A stretch of DNA of 47,239 nucleotides from a virus. Below, piece after piece: positions 8,215 to 18,400 of this stretch. Position 1 is the first letter of the stretch. Every line of letters starts with the position of its first letter. A program made the position numbers and the translations under genes. Location: IMG/VR virus record IMGVR_UViG_3300045988_137371. One strand, 5' to 3'. The notes beneath the pieces were generated by a model. The model was not told the origin of the DNA and did not search any database. It saw nothing but the letters and a program-made list of their open reading frames with translations.

Positions 8215-8244
8215 ATAGGCCCCACCTATTAAAGTGGGGCCTAT
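8215..8244 (-). terminator. Perfect 11-bp hairpin directly after the stop of 8250..8930
   Basis: ataggccccac-N8-gtggggcctat. The U-tract is weak on the minus strand and better on the plus strand. Confidence 0.6.
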
Positions 8245-8249
8245 TGTTT

Positions 8250-8930
8250 TTACAGATTTGCTGCGGCTGCTGCGGTAGAGCCGTATTCTTTCTTCAGAAT
8301 AGCATCCAGTTTGAAATTTAAAAGACTATCATCTTTTACTTTAATTTCTCGATTCAATCGGGCGATCTCTTGATCTTTGGCTTGATCCTTGATCATACAC
8401 ATAATCGCCTCTTGATTCTTTGTAATGGCACAGAAGTTACGTTCAGCTTGTAAAGCTAACTCGTTCTTCATATCCCGGATAAGGCCCTTTGTTTCACAGC
8501 AACAATCGGCTTGGTTGCGCTCCATTTGACACAGGCGATCCATGATACGGTTATTACCAGCTACATCTACATCTTTAAGATCACGGATATCGCTGTTAAC
8601 TTTGTAACCAAGATCGCACAAACCTCGCTCAAAAGTGGAACGATTATTCAAGATTTCACGACCATTACCATCAACACGCCCGGCTAAGCTTGCGTTAGAA
8701 TCAGAGATATCTTTGTAAATTCCCGCTCTTGCCTCCTGTACGGTAGCTTTTACCGCTTCTACGTTAGCCTTAACGTCATTTACTTTGTCCCATACTGAAA
8801 CAGCTGCCGCACCAAAACCGCCGCCTACTAATGCACCACCCACAGCGCCCCAACCGGAACCATAACCACGATTGCGATCATCACAACAACGATCACGATC
8901 TGCGTAAATCACTTCTGTTGTATCTGCCAT
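8250..8930 (-). CDS. Glycine-zipper / Cys-cluster coiled-coil protein of unknown function
   Basis: GYGSGWGAVGGALVGGGFGAAAV, CC and CCC clusters, a coiled-coil and a poly-Ala tail. By eye it is more G+C-rich than its neighbours. Confidence 0.65.
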   Translation of the reverse strand: MADTTEVIYADRDRCCDDRNRGYGSGWGAVGGALVGGGFGAAAVSVWDKVNDVKANVEAVKATVQEARAGIYKDISDSNASLAGRVDGNGREILNNRSTFERGLCDLGYKVNSDIRDLKDVDVAGNNRIMDRLCQMERNQADCCCETKGLIRDMKNELALQAERNFCAITKNQEAIMCMIKDQAKDQEIARLNREIKVKDDSLLNFKLDAILKKEYGSTAAAAANL

Positions 8931-8979
8931 GATTTTAAAATTTAAAAAGTTAATATTAAAAATACTCTATACTAAAACA

Positions 8980-9013
8980 TTTGTCGGATAAGTATTGTTT
9001 ACTACCCGACAAA
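8980..9013 (-). terminator. Possible terminator hairpin spanning the stop codon of 9002..9571
   Basis: 8-bp stem tttgtcgg/ccgacaaa with an 18-nt loop, then UGUUUUAGU on the minus strand. Confidence 0.35.
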
Positions 9014-9571
9014 TTTAATATACAAATCTTCGAGAATGTCAAGCATTTTAACTTTTGAACCATTCGGGAAATCCACTGTCTCTTTTACGTTGATATCCAA
9101 GATTGATTCATACTCATCCTGCGTAAGCATTTCCATCTTATCGATTTCAACTTCTTCCTTGTAGACTTTCTCAGAGAACTTAATTAAAGCCGGATTGATA
9201 TCTTTTTGTTCCGTCTTTTGCAAAAACGATTCCATTTCCACAATATCATCAAGTTCCTTTTGTTCTTCCATATTCAAGGCCTCCGCTTTAGTGCCTTTAG
9301 CTACACGATCCCTTAGTTCCATGAACCTAGGATAAAGTTCTTTGTATTGCTCTAGTTTTTCCGTGTATTCTTTAGGCGTGAAACCTTCTTTTGCGTCTTC
9401 GATCTTTTTGTTGGTTTCTTCGCTTATCTTTTTGTAAGCAAGACGCAACATCATGATCTTAACTTTCAACTCTTTGGACAGGCTTTTAACATTGCCGTCT
9501 ACACCTTGTGTTAGATCGATACTCTTAATGATAGAGTAACGTGTTAATGCTTCTTCTCTGGTAATAAACAT
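9002..9571 (-). CDS. Hypothetical protein (K/E-rich)
   Basis: 189-aa ORF. Confidence 0.6.
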   Translation of the reverse strand: MFITREEALTRYSIIKSIDLTQGVDGNVKSLSKELKVKIMMLRLAYKKISEETNKKIEDAKEGFTPKEYTEKLEQYKELYPRFMELRDRVAKGTKAEALNMEEQKELDDIVEMESFLQKTEQKDINPALIKFSEKVYKEEVEIDKMEMLTQDEYESILDINVKETVDFPNGSKVKMLDILEDLYIKFVG

Positions 9572-9593
9572 TTCTTAAATTGGTTTTTTGAGA

Positions 9594-9896
9594 TTATAAA
9601 TTAACTGTTTCCGAATCTGCCTCAATAGCCGCTATCGTTTCAGAGAAGAAAATAGCTCCCTTACTCATGTTAGCGATATCGAACATATTCACTGTTTTCT
9701 CACCATTGCGATCATACCGGATATTACCAATTACAGTGTCATTAGTCTTATCCAGCACATCACAATACAATGTATTAACTTTTCCGTCCTCTCCGCTTCT
9801 TTCAACGGTAGCATGATTTGCGTAAACATCTGATCCAACGCATTTCCATACAGCGGATTCAATGATCACTTTTTCTTTTGTTACTTGTACACTCAT
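9594..9896 (-). CDS. Hypothetical protein
   Basis: 100-aa ORF about 27 nt downstream of a canonical promoter. Confidence 0.6.
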   Translation of the reverse strand: MSVQVTKEKVIIESAVWKCVGSDVYANHATVERSGEDGKVNTLYCDVLDKTNDTVIGNIRYDRNGEKTVNMFDIANMSKGAIFFSETIAAIEADSETVNL

Positions 9897-9922
9897 GATT
9901 TTAAAGTTTAATTAAACGTCCT

Positions 9923-9953
9923 CAAATATACATATTGTTTCACTAATAACAAA
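9923..9953 (-). promoter_or_regulatory. Bacteroidota-type promoter (TTTG-N19-TAtaTTTG) inside the late region
   Basis: Canonical -33/-7 elements. The -33 abuts the stop codon of 9954..11066. Confidence 0.65.
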
Positions 9954-11066
9954 TCATTCAGGCCCCATATCCTCGATAGGCGTGTAGGTAGTCTTGATAT
10001 TGGCTACATCTGCCGTACCAGCTATCCAGTATTGATAAGAGCTATCTTGCGATATTGTCTCATAATATGGGCCTACTGTTTTTTCTGTCTTTGCCGGGAC
10101 TACTACCGAACCTATACTTACATTCTTTATAGTTTCACCTTTTGATGCTGGATCATCACCGAATTTAGCTCGCATGAATATAGCCCTAACATTAGGGAAT
10201 GTGACTTGACCACTATTATCATTCTTAATATGCACATAGTACTCAACATTCGTTCTGCCGCTATTGGTATATACGCCTAAGCAATATACTTGATATAACG
10301 TCCCTTGGGCCTTGATATTTATTCTTAAATCTTGCGTCAACGGGAATGTTATAAACGTTGCTACCGGAATATTGCCTGTAGACGCAAAAGCTTGACTACT
10401 GAAAAAAGGGAATAACTTCCAAATACCATCATGAGACTCTGTTAATCCGGCGAATGTCATAGACACGGATGTACCCCCCATCTTGCTGCTAGAAGTGCCT
10501 ATCATGTATCGATTGTTATTTTGATACAATACCGCACCTAGGTAGTAATTAGCCAATGTCACACCAGATATAGTAATGTCAGCTAACGTAAGGTTATAAG
10601 GATCGCCTACTGGAACGGCTAAATCGAAATCAACCTGTATCGCACCACCTGTGATATAATAGGTATCCTGCAAAGGGATGTTTACAGGCTCTATCGCTCC
10701 ATGATAATATTGATAGAAATCATCAAGTCTATATGGCTGTGCCGAATTACCTGCGGGCGGGACATAATCCCATTTATCCAGCTTATTTATCAATTGGTAT
10801 AAAAATGTACCTACTCCTGTTACCGTCCCCACGGAACCATAGGTTTTAACACTCAACCCACACTTTCCATCCGATCCCTTCCACCATGTATCCGGTAATG
10901 ATGGACGGAGACCATTATATGCTACTGGTTTATGTTTAGACCATTTGTTTATTTTCTGTCTAGCTATCGAATTACCACCGCATAGCCCCCCTACTGTAGT
11001 TGTAGGCGCATCCAACTTATTCCTTACTTTTATAACAGTGATTGGATTTGTCAAAACATCTGCCAT
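9954..11066 (-). CDS. Tail fibre / receptor-binding-type protein, paralog B
   Basis: The N-terminal ~120 aa align with 11255..12436 (VRN.LDAP.T.VG.LCGGN...KIN.W.K.KPV.YN...WWK...CG...Y.PP.G...P.RL.DF..YYH). The C-termini are unrelated. It lies downstream of the giant fibre. Confidence 0.55.
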   Translation of the reverse strand: MADVLTNPITVIKVRNKLDAPTTTVGGLCGGNSIARQKINKWSKHKPVAYNGLRPSLPDTWWKGSDGKCGLSVKTYGSVGTVTGVGTFLYQLINKLDKWDYVPPAGNSAQPYRLDDFYQYYHGAIEPVNIPLQDTYYITGGAIQVDFDLAVPVGDPYNLTLADITISGVTLANYYLGAVLYQNNNRYMIGTSSSKMGGTSVSMTFAGLTESHDGIWKLFPFFSSQAFASTGNIPVATFITFPLTQDLRINIKAQGTLYQVYCLGVYTNSGRTNVEYYVHIKNDNSGQVTFPNVRAIFMRAKFGDDPASKGETIKNVSIGSVVVPAKTEKTVGPYYETISQDSSYQYWIAGTADVANIKTTYTPIEDMGPE

Positions 11067-11068
11067 GA

Positions 11069-11253
11069 TTAAACCTCCTTAGTAATTACGTCCCCTGTAA
11101 CGAGAACTTTGTTATTTACTAAGAAGGTTCCATCTATTGTTAGATCGCCTTTAACTATTGATCCATTGAAACTTTCCGGTTCTTCAACACATATAATTTC
11201 CCCCCCCCTATAATAATTATATTATTGGCAAAGAGATTTCCGCATATTAACAT
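11069..11253 (-). CDS. Small beta-helix-like ORF interrupted by a G9 tract. It needs a -1 shift (or 10 G) to read through.
   Basis: The ATG at 11253 is 1 nt after the upstream stop. The shifted frame ends at 11069, 2 nt before the next ATG. 185 nt is not a multiple of 3. Confidence 0.4.
11200..11208 (-). repeat. Homopolymer: C9 on the plus strand, G9 on the coding strand
   Basis: Read directly from the sequence. The length is also implied by the ORF-track anchors on both sides. Confidence 0.85.
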
Positions 11254-11254
11254 T

Positions 11255-12436
11255 TCATTCATTATAAGTACCCTCCTGTCTTCCAACGGTACGCCAAATA
11301 CCGTCATATAGTTGTAAAATAGTAAATTCAAAAGTAAACGGCCTTGTTATGCCAGAATTTCCGGTATAAATATGGAACGTGTATGATTTAGTCGCTCCCG
11401 GTGCCAATGAATCATTTACATTTGGGGAAATAGAGTAAAATACCAGATTTGTATCTTTCTTTTCTTCTCCCGTATCAAGATATCTCATGACAAGTGAATA
11501 TCTCAAATACTGATTAGATGTATTAAACGGTCTAGTTGCGCTATTCTGGTTCACTACCGAAAAACTGCCCTTTATCTGGGTAAATGTTATGCTCGTGTAT
11601 TTGATACCGCCTCCGTTCCAGCCTCCCGGAACGACCACATCATATGATAATTTTGTGGAAGCGTCCGTGTTTTCAACTACTCTATGTATCTCCGATTCAT
11701 CCCTAAACGGCAATGGCCAGAATAAAGCCCCTAGAGGGAACTCCCCTGTAGCATCATCCCAACTCATCTTGAAATTGCATAGGCCTACGATAATATCGGT
11801 AGTCCCCGTTTTAAACCAGTTAGTGAATTGGGTATTGAAATAAAAGGATATTGTCTGATTACCTAAACCTGTCTTATTAAACGCCGCTTGGGTAGTTGCA
11901 TAGATAGGTGCGTATGTATGATCAGATGCTATCATCCTGCATATGAAATACAAATCATCAACCATATACGAGAACAAATCCCCTAGAAGCAATGACAGGT
12001 TATTTACACCGGTCTCTCTGATACGTATGTGGCATATTTCCCGGTTGTAAATCTTTTCCGGGAACTCCACGGTATATTGAGGCTTAGCGAAGTGATAGTA
12101 ATCCTTGAAATCCCTTAGCCTAAAAGGTTCAGAAGAGCCTCCCCTTGGGGGTTCATAGGTGTATTTCTTTGTTAACATATCCTCAAACCTAGAGGATGAT
12201 CCCGGCACATTGATCCCGCAATTCCTAGACTGGGCCTTCCACCATTCGGAAGGCCTGTTTTGTTCCCCTGCGAAATTATACCTAACTGGCTTGTATTTCG
12301 CCCACATATTAATTTTTTTAGCTACAGAGGCATTGCCCCCGCACAATGCCCCCACAGACGTAAAAGGTGCGTCTAAACAATTCCTAACGTCTATCGCACT
12401 AACATTTCCAGATATAATACCATTCTTTAATGCCAT
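11255..12436 (-). CDS. Tail fibre / receptor-binding-type protein, paralog A
   Basis: Shares its N-terminal module with 9954..11066. Confidence 0.55.
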   Translation of the reverse strand: MALKNGIISGNVSAIDVRNCLDAPFTSVGALCGGNASVAKKINMWAKYKPVRYNFAGEQNRPSEWWKAQSRNCGINVPGSSSRFEDMLTKKYTYEPPRGGSSEPFRLRDFKDYYHFAKPQYTVEFPEKIYNREICHIRIRETGVNNLSLLLGDLFSYMVDDLYFICRMIASDHTYAPIYATTQAAFNKTGLGNQTISFYFNTQFTNWFKTGTTDIIVGLCNFKMSWDDATGEFPLGALFWPLPFRDESEIHRVVENTDASTKLSYDVVVPGGWNGGGIKYTSITFTQIKGSFSVVNQNSATRPFNTSNQYLRYSLVMRYLDTGEEKKDTNLVFYSISPNVNDSLAPGATKSYTFHIYTGNSGITRPFTFEFTILQLYDGIWRTVGRQEGTYNE

Positions 12437-12446
12437 ATCATTTATT

Positions 12447-15400
12447 TTAAGCCGCTTCTAATTTAGCTAATCTTTCTTTTAGAGAGGCGATTTCTATTTT
12501 TAATAAATCTATCTCGTTCTTGTTATCTTGCACAAGCTGGTGCACTTCTTTAAGCCCATTGACAGCGATAGCCACTCCTAGTGTTGCGTACTCTACGGAA
12601 TAATATTCCTTTCCATTGATACTGTTATTGCTTACGACCTGTGGGAATTGTTTGATAACATCTTGTGCGCTCACTCCTATTCTAATGACACCATCGTTTA
12701 AATCTTTTCGGATGTAATAAAACGCTGATATGTCTTTTATCTTGCCTAATATATCGCTTATATCTTCTAGGCGATATTTCAGACGGATATCCGAACCGTT
12801 GGAATAGGAACCGGACACATACATATTACCGCTTGGTGAAAATGATCCTTTATTATTATTCGTTCCCCCAAAACAGAAATATACAATATTATCGCCTCTC
12901 TGGGACAAATAAAAATTATTAGTACCACCAGATAACCCTAAAGCCCCCCATGTAGTTTTAACAGTTATATTGTTAGTGACTTCACCACCATTCCATGAAG
13001 GCCCGGGGGAACCTGTAGCTCCTTTTAGATTGACATACGATCCCCATGCCGTTGATCCTCCATATGGTGTTACTCCCATTCTTAATGAAGTACCGCTCCA
13101 TTGGTAGGTGACACTTGCGCCTTGTGTGCCCGTAGCCCCTGTATTTCCTCTAGGTATTCCTAGGCTCAAAGCCCCAGTGGAACTATTCCATGAAGCGTTA
13201 GCGTTTGATCCGGGATTAAGGGTTGTGGCTGTTACGCTTCTGATCGGGCTGGTTGCGCTGGCCTTTAACGTAACATATCCACTAGATACGGTAAAATAGG
13301 TTGAGTCAAACCTAGCAAGCCCTAACGCATCATATCCGGCGGTTGGGCTGGTTATATTGTATGAACTACTTCCATAGGCTACCACATCTTGTTGCATGAT
13401 CAGAGAATGAGTACCATTCATATTACCGTTTGAGTACATATAGAAGGAAGCGTTCGTTCTATTTTCGGTTTGATCCTTGTCAAACATATAGAACCCGAAT
13501 TGATGGCTACTATCCGCACCTTGTAAGCCGCCCAAATTGAATACTCTACCAGTATATGTTTTCCATCTATACAACGGGAAATAAGTGGATGTTGAAGTGC
13601 TGGTACTATCTATCATTATAGCCCCATCTGTTTTCCCGGATATCCAATTACCATTTATGCCAGTTAAATATAACCTTACCCATCTTAATGAAGATGTCCC
13701 CAGCATACAGGTGGTAGAATTCGTTGGATAGCAACTTCCTCCAATGGAAACAGATGGTGTAATTTGCAGATTACCACTTTGTGCAATTATCCTATGCGTG
13801 TAATCGGATGCACTGTTACCATAATGAAAATCGATATATGGTGTGGAGTGATTCAACTCGATATATCCTCTACTAACATAAGTATTATGGCTACTGCTAT
13901 TATAATCGGTATTAGCATTACCCACATATATCCCATTTATAAAAAATCCATTTGAGAACCTAGTCCCATTAAGGCCTACATTATAGGCATTATTACTAAC
14001 AGGATATACATGGCCACATTTTATATTTCCATTCACCTCTAGTTTCTCTCCGGGGCTATTGGTTCCGATTCCCCAGTTCCCATTAAACTTGCCAAACAAC
14101 CTATGAGTATGAGGTGCACCATACCAACCCAGTGATAGATAATTGTCAATACTATCATCTTTGACATGATAATAAGTTAGTTCCAAGCAATTATAACTCG
14201 ATAAGGCCTTCCCTATCCTGCCATATATACTTACTTTAGTGCTCATTAGGTTAAATGCGTCCTCTGCCGTTCCGCTGGATGTTATAACGCCGTTAATGTT
14301 GCCCGATCCATCGAATGATTTTCCCCAGATCGATCTAGCGGTAGCTAATTTAGTGGCGGTACTAGCGTTACCGATTAATGATCCTCTAAAATTAGTAGCT
14401 GTTATGTATGAACTTTTACTATAATGCCCACTGTCACCAGAACTTGACAGTGACATAGGCTCTACATAGTATTCATTACCAGCTGAAGTACTTCCAATAT
14501 TAGTTCTAGCATAGTAAATATTTATGCTGTGTATTCCAGCGCTGGAATATATTCTATAGGTAGCGGTTCCACCTCTTAGCCAAAATACAATGATATTTTT
14601 ATTATTTTCCGAAACTGCTACCTTTTTCAATAAATTGGCGTATGGTTGCAGATTGCATAATGTAGTAAAAAAGTTCGCATTGCCATCCCAAGGCCCTATT
14701 CTGCCAATACCTACGTAATTAATACTACTAGTTTTATTACTATGGTTGCCATCCCAATTAGGATTTGATGTTGAACCTAACGATTTACCTATACCTATTG
14801 TATATGGGACTCCATTTGTATTAACTTCAACTTCCAATACTACAGGATAGAATGTGTTATAATCATTTGTTACTGTTATTTCCCTAGACCTAAAAGTACT
14901 AGTATGATACCAATCAATTGTGGTATTATATAAATTACTCCTATGGTACCCATCTACCATATCAGCGTTAAGGTTATTGCATAACGTGGTAGAAACCACA
15001 TCAATAGGTTTAGTTCCAGTGGCTACCTTGGAGATGTAACGGCCTGTGTTGTACAGAAACATATTAGGGTCGCTACCCTCTAAAATACCCTCCTTACTTA
15101 TAGCGATCCCATATCCAGCTAAAAACGTATCATAATACTCGTGTCTTAATATCACATTTTGTGTTGCGTCTTGCGCAGCAGTGAATTTTATGCTAGCCGC
15201 TTTATTTTTTTCAGTGCTATCAGTTGATTTAAGTATCAGCTGTCTGTTAGCCGTGTTAGATGCTATGGTCAACGTTCCGCTCATGGTATCCCCGGTTTTC
15301 TTTACATATCTGCCATCTAAAACGGAGGCGAACGTCTTTCTATTATAGACAATGTTATTCCCGCTCGAAGCCAACTCATACACGAAATCGCCCGCCGTAC

Positions 15401-18400
15401 CCGGCGTAACCCCAGCGATCGAACCGCCGCCCCCCGTAGAGCTTAGAACGCCGTTTACGTCAATAGAGAGGCCCGAACCAACTTTTATCATGCCTAGAGC
15501 GTCCTTTCCTGCTATTGGCCTAACAATATCCCATGTGCCGCTTTGATATGCCACTACATCGCCACTAGCCTTTACATTGCCTTCAAAAAAAGAGTCTTTC
15601 GCTTTCACCCTAAATTCTTTTAAGGCCTCGGCACTCATCCCGCTTATATTGACACTGTACAATTGATTACTACCGCCTTTGCCATATTGAAACCATAATA
15701 TCTTGTTTGAGATTTCAACGAATCTAAAAGAAGAATCGTAATCTGTGTTATATGCTTTGATATAATTATATTCAGAACCACTATTTGTTGCTTGCAAGTG
15801 AATTAAATCTTGATTCCCTTTTATATCCAATTTTGCTGATGGGTTATTTGTCCCGATTCCGACGTTCCCATTAGCCGAGATTAGCATCCTTTCATCTAAA
15901 TCGGTAGACGTTCTAAATCTAATTTCGTAACCAGATAAGTAAGTATTAGTTCCTTTTTGCGTATTACCTGTGCCAATAACTAATTCACTGTTTGTGTTAG
16001 TATAAAATATTGCCATATCACTTCCATCTGGGTTTTTGGCATATATATTTCTATTGTTACCCATATATATATTACCGGACATAGTTATATTCCCGACTCC
16101 GGTCATATTGCCGCTAACATTAGCGGTGCCGTTGAAAGACTGGCCCCAAATGGTGCGGGCTGTTAGGAGTTTGGAGGAACTTGAAGCGTTTCCGACAAAT
16201 GCCCCCGAATATCTCCATTTGCTATTTTCCGTGCCGAACAATTGCAAATTTCCACTAAGGCCATTGAACTGTCCACTACAATATTTAGGCAATAATGTTG
16301 TAGCATCAAACCCGGTATCGCTATATAGTGATAATACTAACCAGCCAGACGAATTAGGGGCTGTTTTTCCTTGCAGTGTTACATTTCCAATATTGGTATA
16401 ATTCTTAATAGCCCATTTGCATATAGCTTTCAAAAAATCCTCTGTAGGATGCCCGGCATTCTCATAATCACTTCTTAGCAATCCTTGGGAAATCAAAGCG
16501 CTCCATGATGGGAAATTAGCGTATAGGGCCACTCTATTATTTTCGAATCCAGCATGATATCCATCCACTAGATCAGCGTCAAGCCCAGAATTCTTTCCAT
16601 CGTTCCCGGCATGCCAAAATGTTATACCCTTATCAAAAGATATTACCGTATTATCGCTTTTCATAGAGGCGTTTGTAAATGCGTTACCATTTCCTGTTAT
16701 CTCTATTCCGGCGATAGTACCACCGCCGCCGCCGTCAATGATTCTAACAAGTCCGTTTACTACCTCGAATTGCGTTTTATCATATCTTGACATACCTACC
16801 GCATCGTATCCAGCGAGCGGTTTACTAATGTCGTAATTACCGCTGGCATACGCCACGATATCCCCATTGGCAAATATATTGTGGTTAGCGTCAATCTTGA
16901 CATTATGAGTAGCGTCCGTGTAATTTAGGTATAGGTTGTTTGTAGCACTACCATACACTCCATTTATCGAGTTGCCCCCGGAGAACTTTATACCTTCCGC
17001 TGATTTGTTTTTAGTGACAAGGATAGATTTATCGGTATTGAAGTAAACCAAGGTATTGATACTATCCACGCTTGTCATTGCCCCTTTAACGATCCCAGTA
17101 GATTTATCGAATGCTTGTCCCCACCATGTGCCGTTATACAACTTCAAGAATCTAGCGTCATTACCTTGCATTACGGTGTTCTCTAGTTCGCCAAAAACAA
17201 CGTTGAATTGGTTATCTGTACCTCCATTTATGGACGCTAGGCTTAATCCTTTTCCGGCATAATACCTCTGTCCTACCGCACCTACCTTTAGACCAACCAA
17301 GCCATTATCTATGGTAAAATCGGATGAGTTAAAACGGGCCATACCTAACGTGTCATATCCGGCGGTAGGCGTGACTAAATCCCAGTTCCCAGACTGGTAA
17401 GCTACGATATCGCCTTTGGCCATGATATTGCTATCTCCGATAAACTGTTTAGTTATATAGGCCTCGCTATTATCTTCCTTAATGTATAGGTATTTGATCT
17501 TCTTGTCATTCGTCCACAATTCGGAAGGTTTCCCAGTACCACCGCCTAAAAGTCCAATTGACATTTTCTTAGCCTCCCCAGTACCGGTATCGATAGCTAC
17601 CCATGCCTCTTTAGGCAATGTCGTTTGTTCTTCCAATTGCCGGATCAATTTACCTGTAAATTCCGTATAAGCCTCTGCAACCCCATCAACGGATGCTCCG
17701 TATTGCGCTATCACGTTTGGCGAAAACATGATAGGTACACTAGCCGCTGCTAGTAGGGCATTCTTAAAAACCGACTGAGAGCCTTTGTATGCTGATATCT
17801 TCTGTAATACGGTATTACTTTCAAATGTTATGGTGACTTGCGCCAAATCCCCAACATCATTCCATTGGTATGAAGGCGTGAAATTATAAGCCTCATAAGC
17901 GTTACCGTCTTTTGTTATGGCCACATGATCATGCAAACGGATAATACGTATAGCATCACACAGATATTCCGGGGCGGCAATAACCATTTTGTATTGCTTG
18001 CTTGATATCTGGTTCTCAACGAACGTGAACCCGCCTCTTTTAGTGCTTTCTTCCTCGAATAGATATTCCGGTTTCGCTATCTCCGTACATAGGTAAAGCT
18101 CGAACTTAAAGCCATTGTCATAAGTCAATGCCCCTTCATCAAAAATGATCGGATCGGCGTTGTAATACTCAACCTTTACCAGCTTACCGATATTGGCATA
18201 GGCCGTGAAAACCTCGGAATAGTACGTATCATTGCCAATGACCACTCTCATCGTGTATTGTCCCGGCGTTAAATTCGCATAGTTCCCGCATTTAAACTGC
18301 ATGACCTTGCTAGCCCCAATAGTAACCACGTTTACGGACATGTAAGATGTTACCGTTGCGACCTCAACGCCACGATCATTATATATCTTTGCGGATGTGA

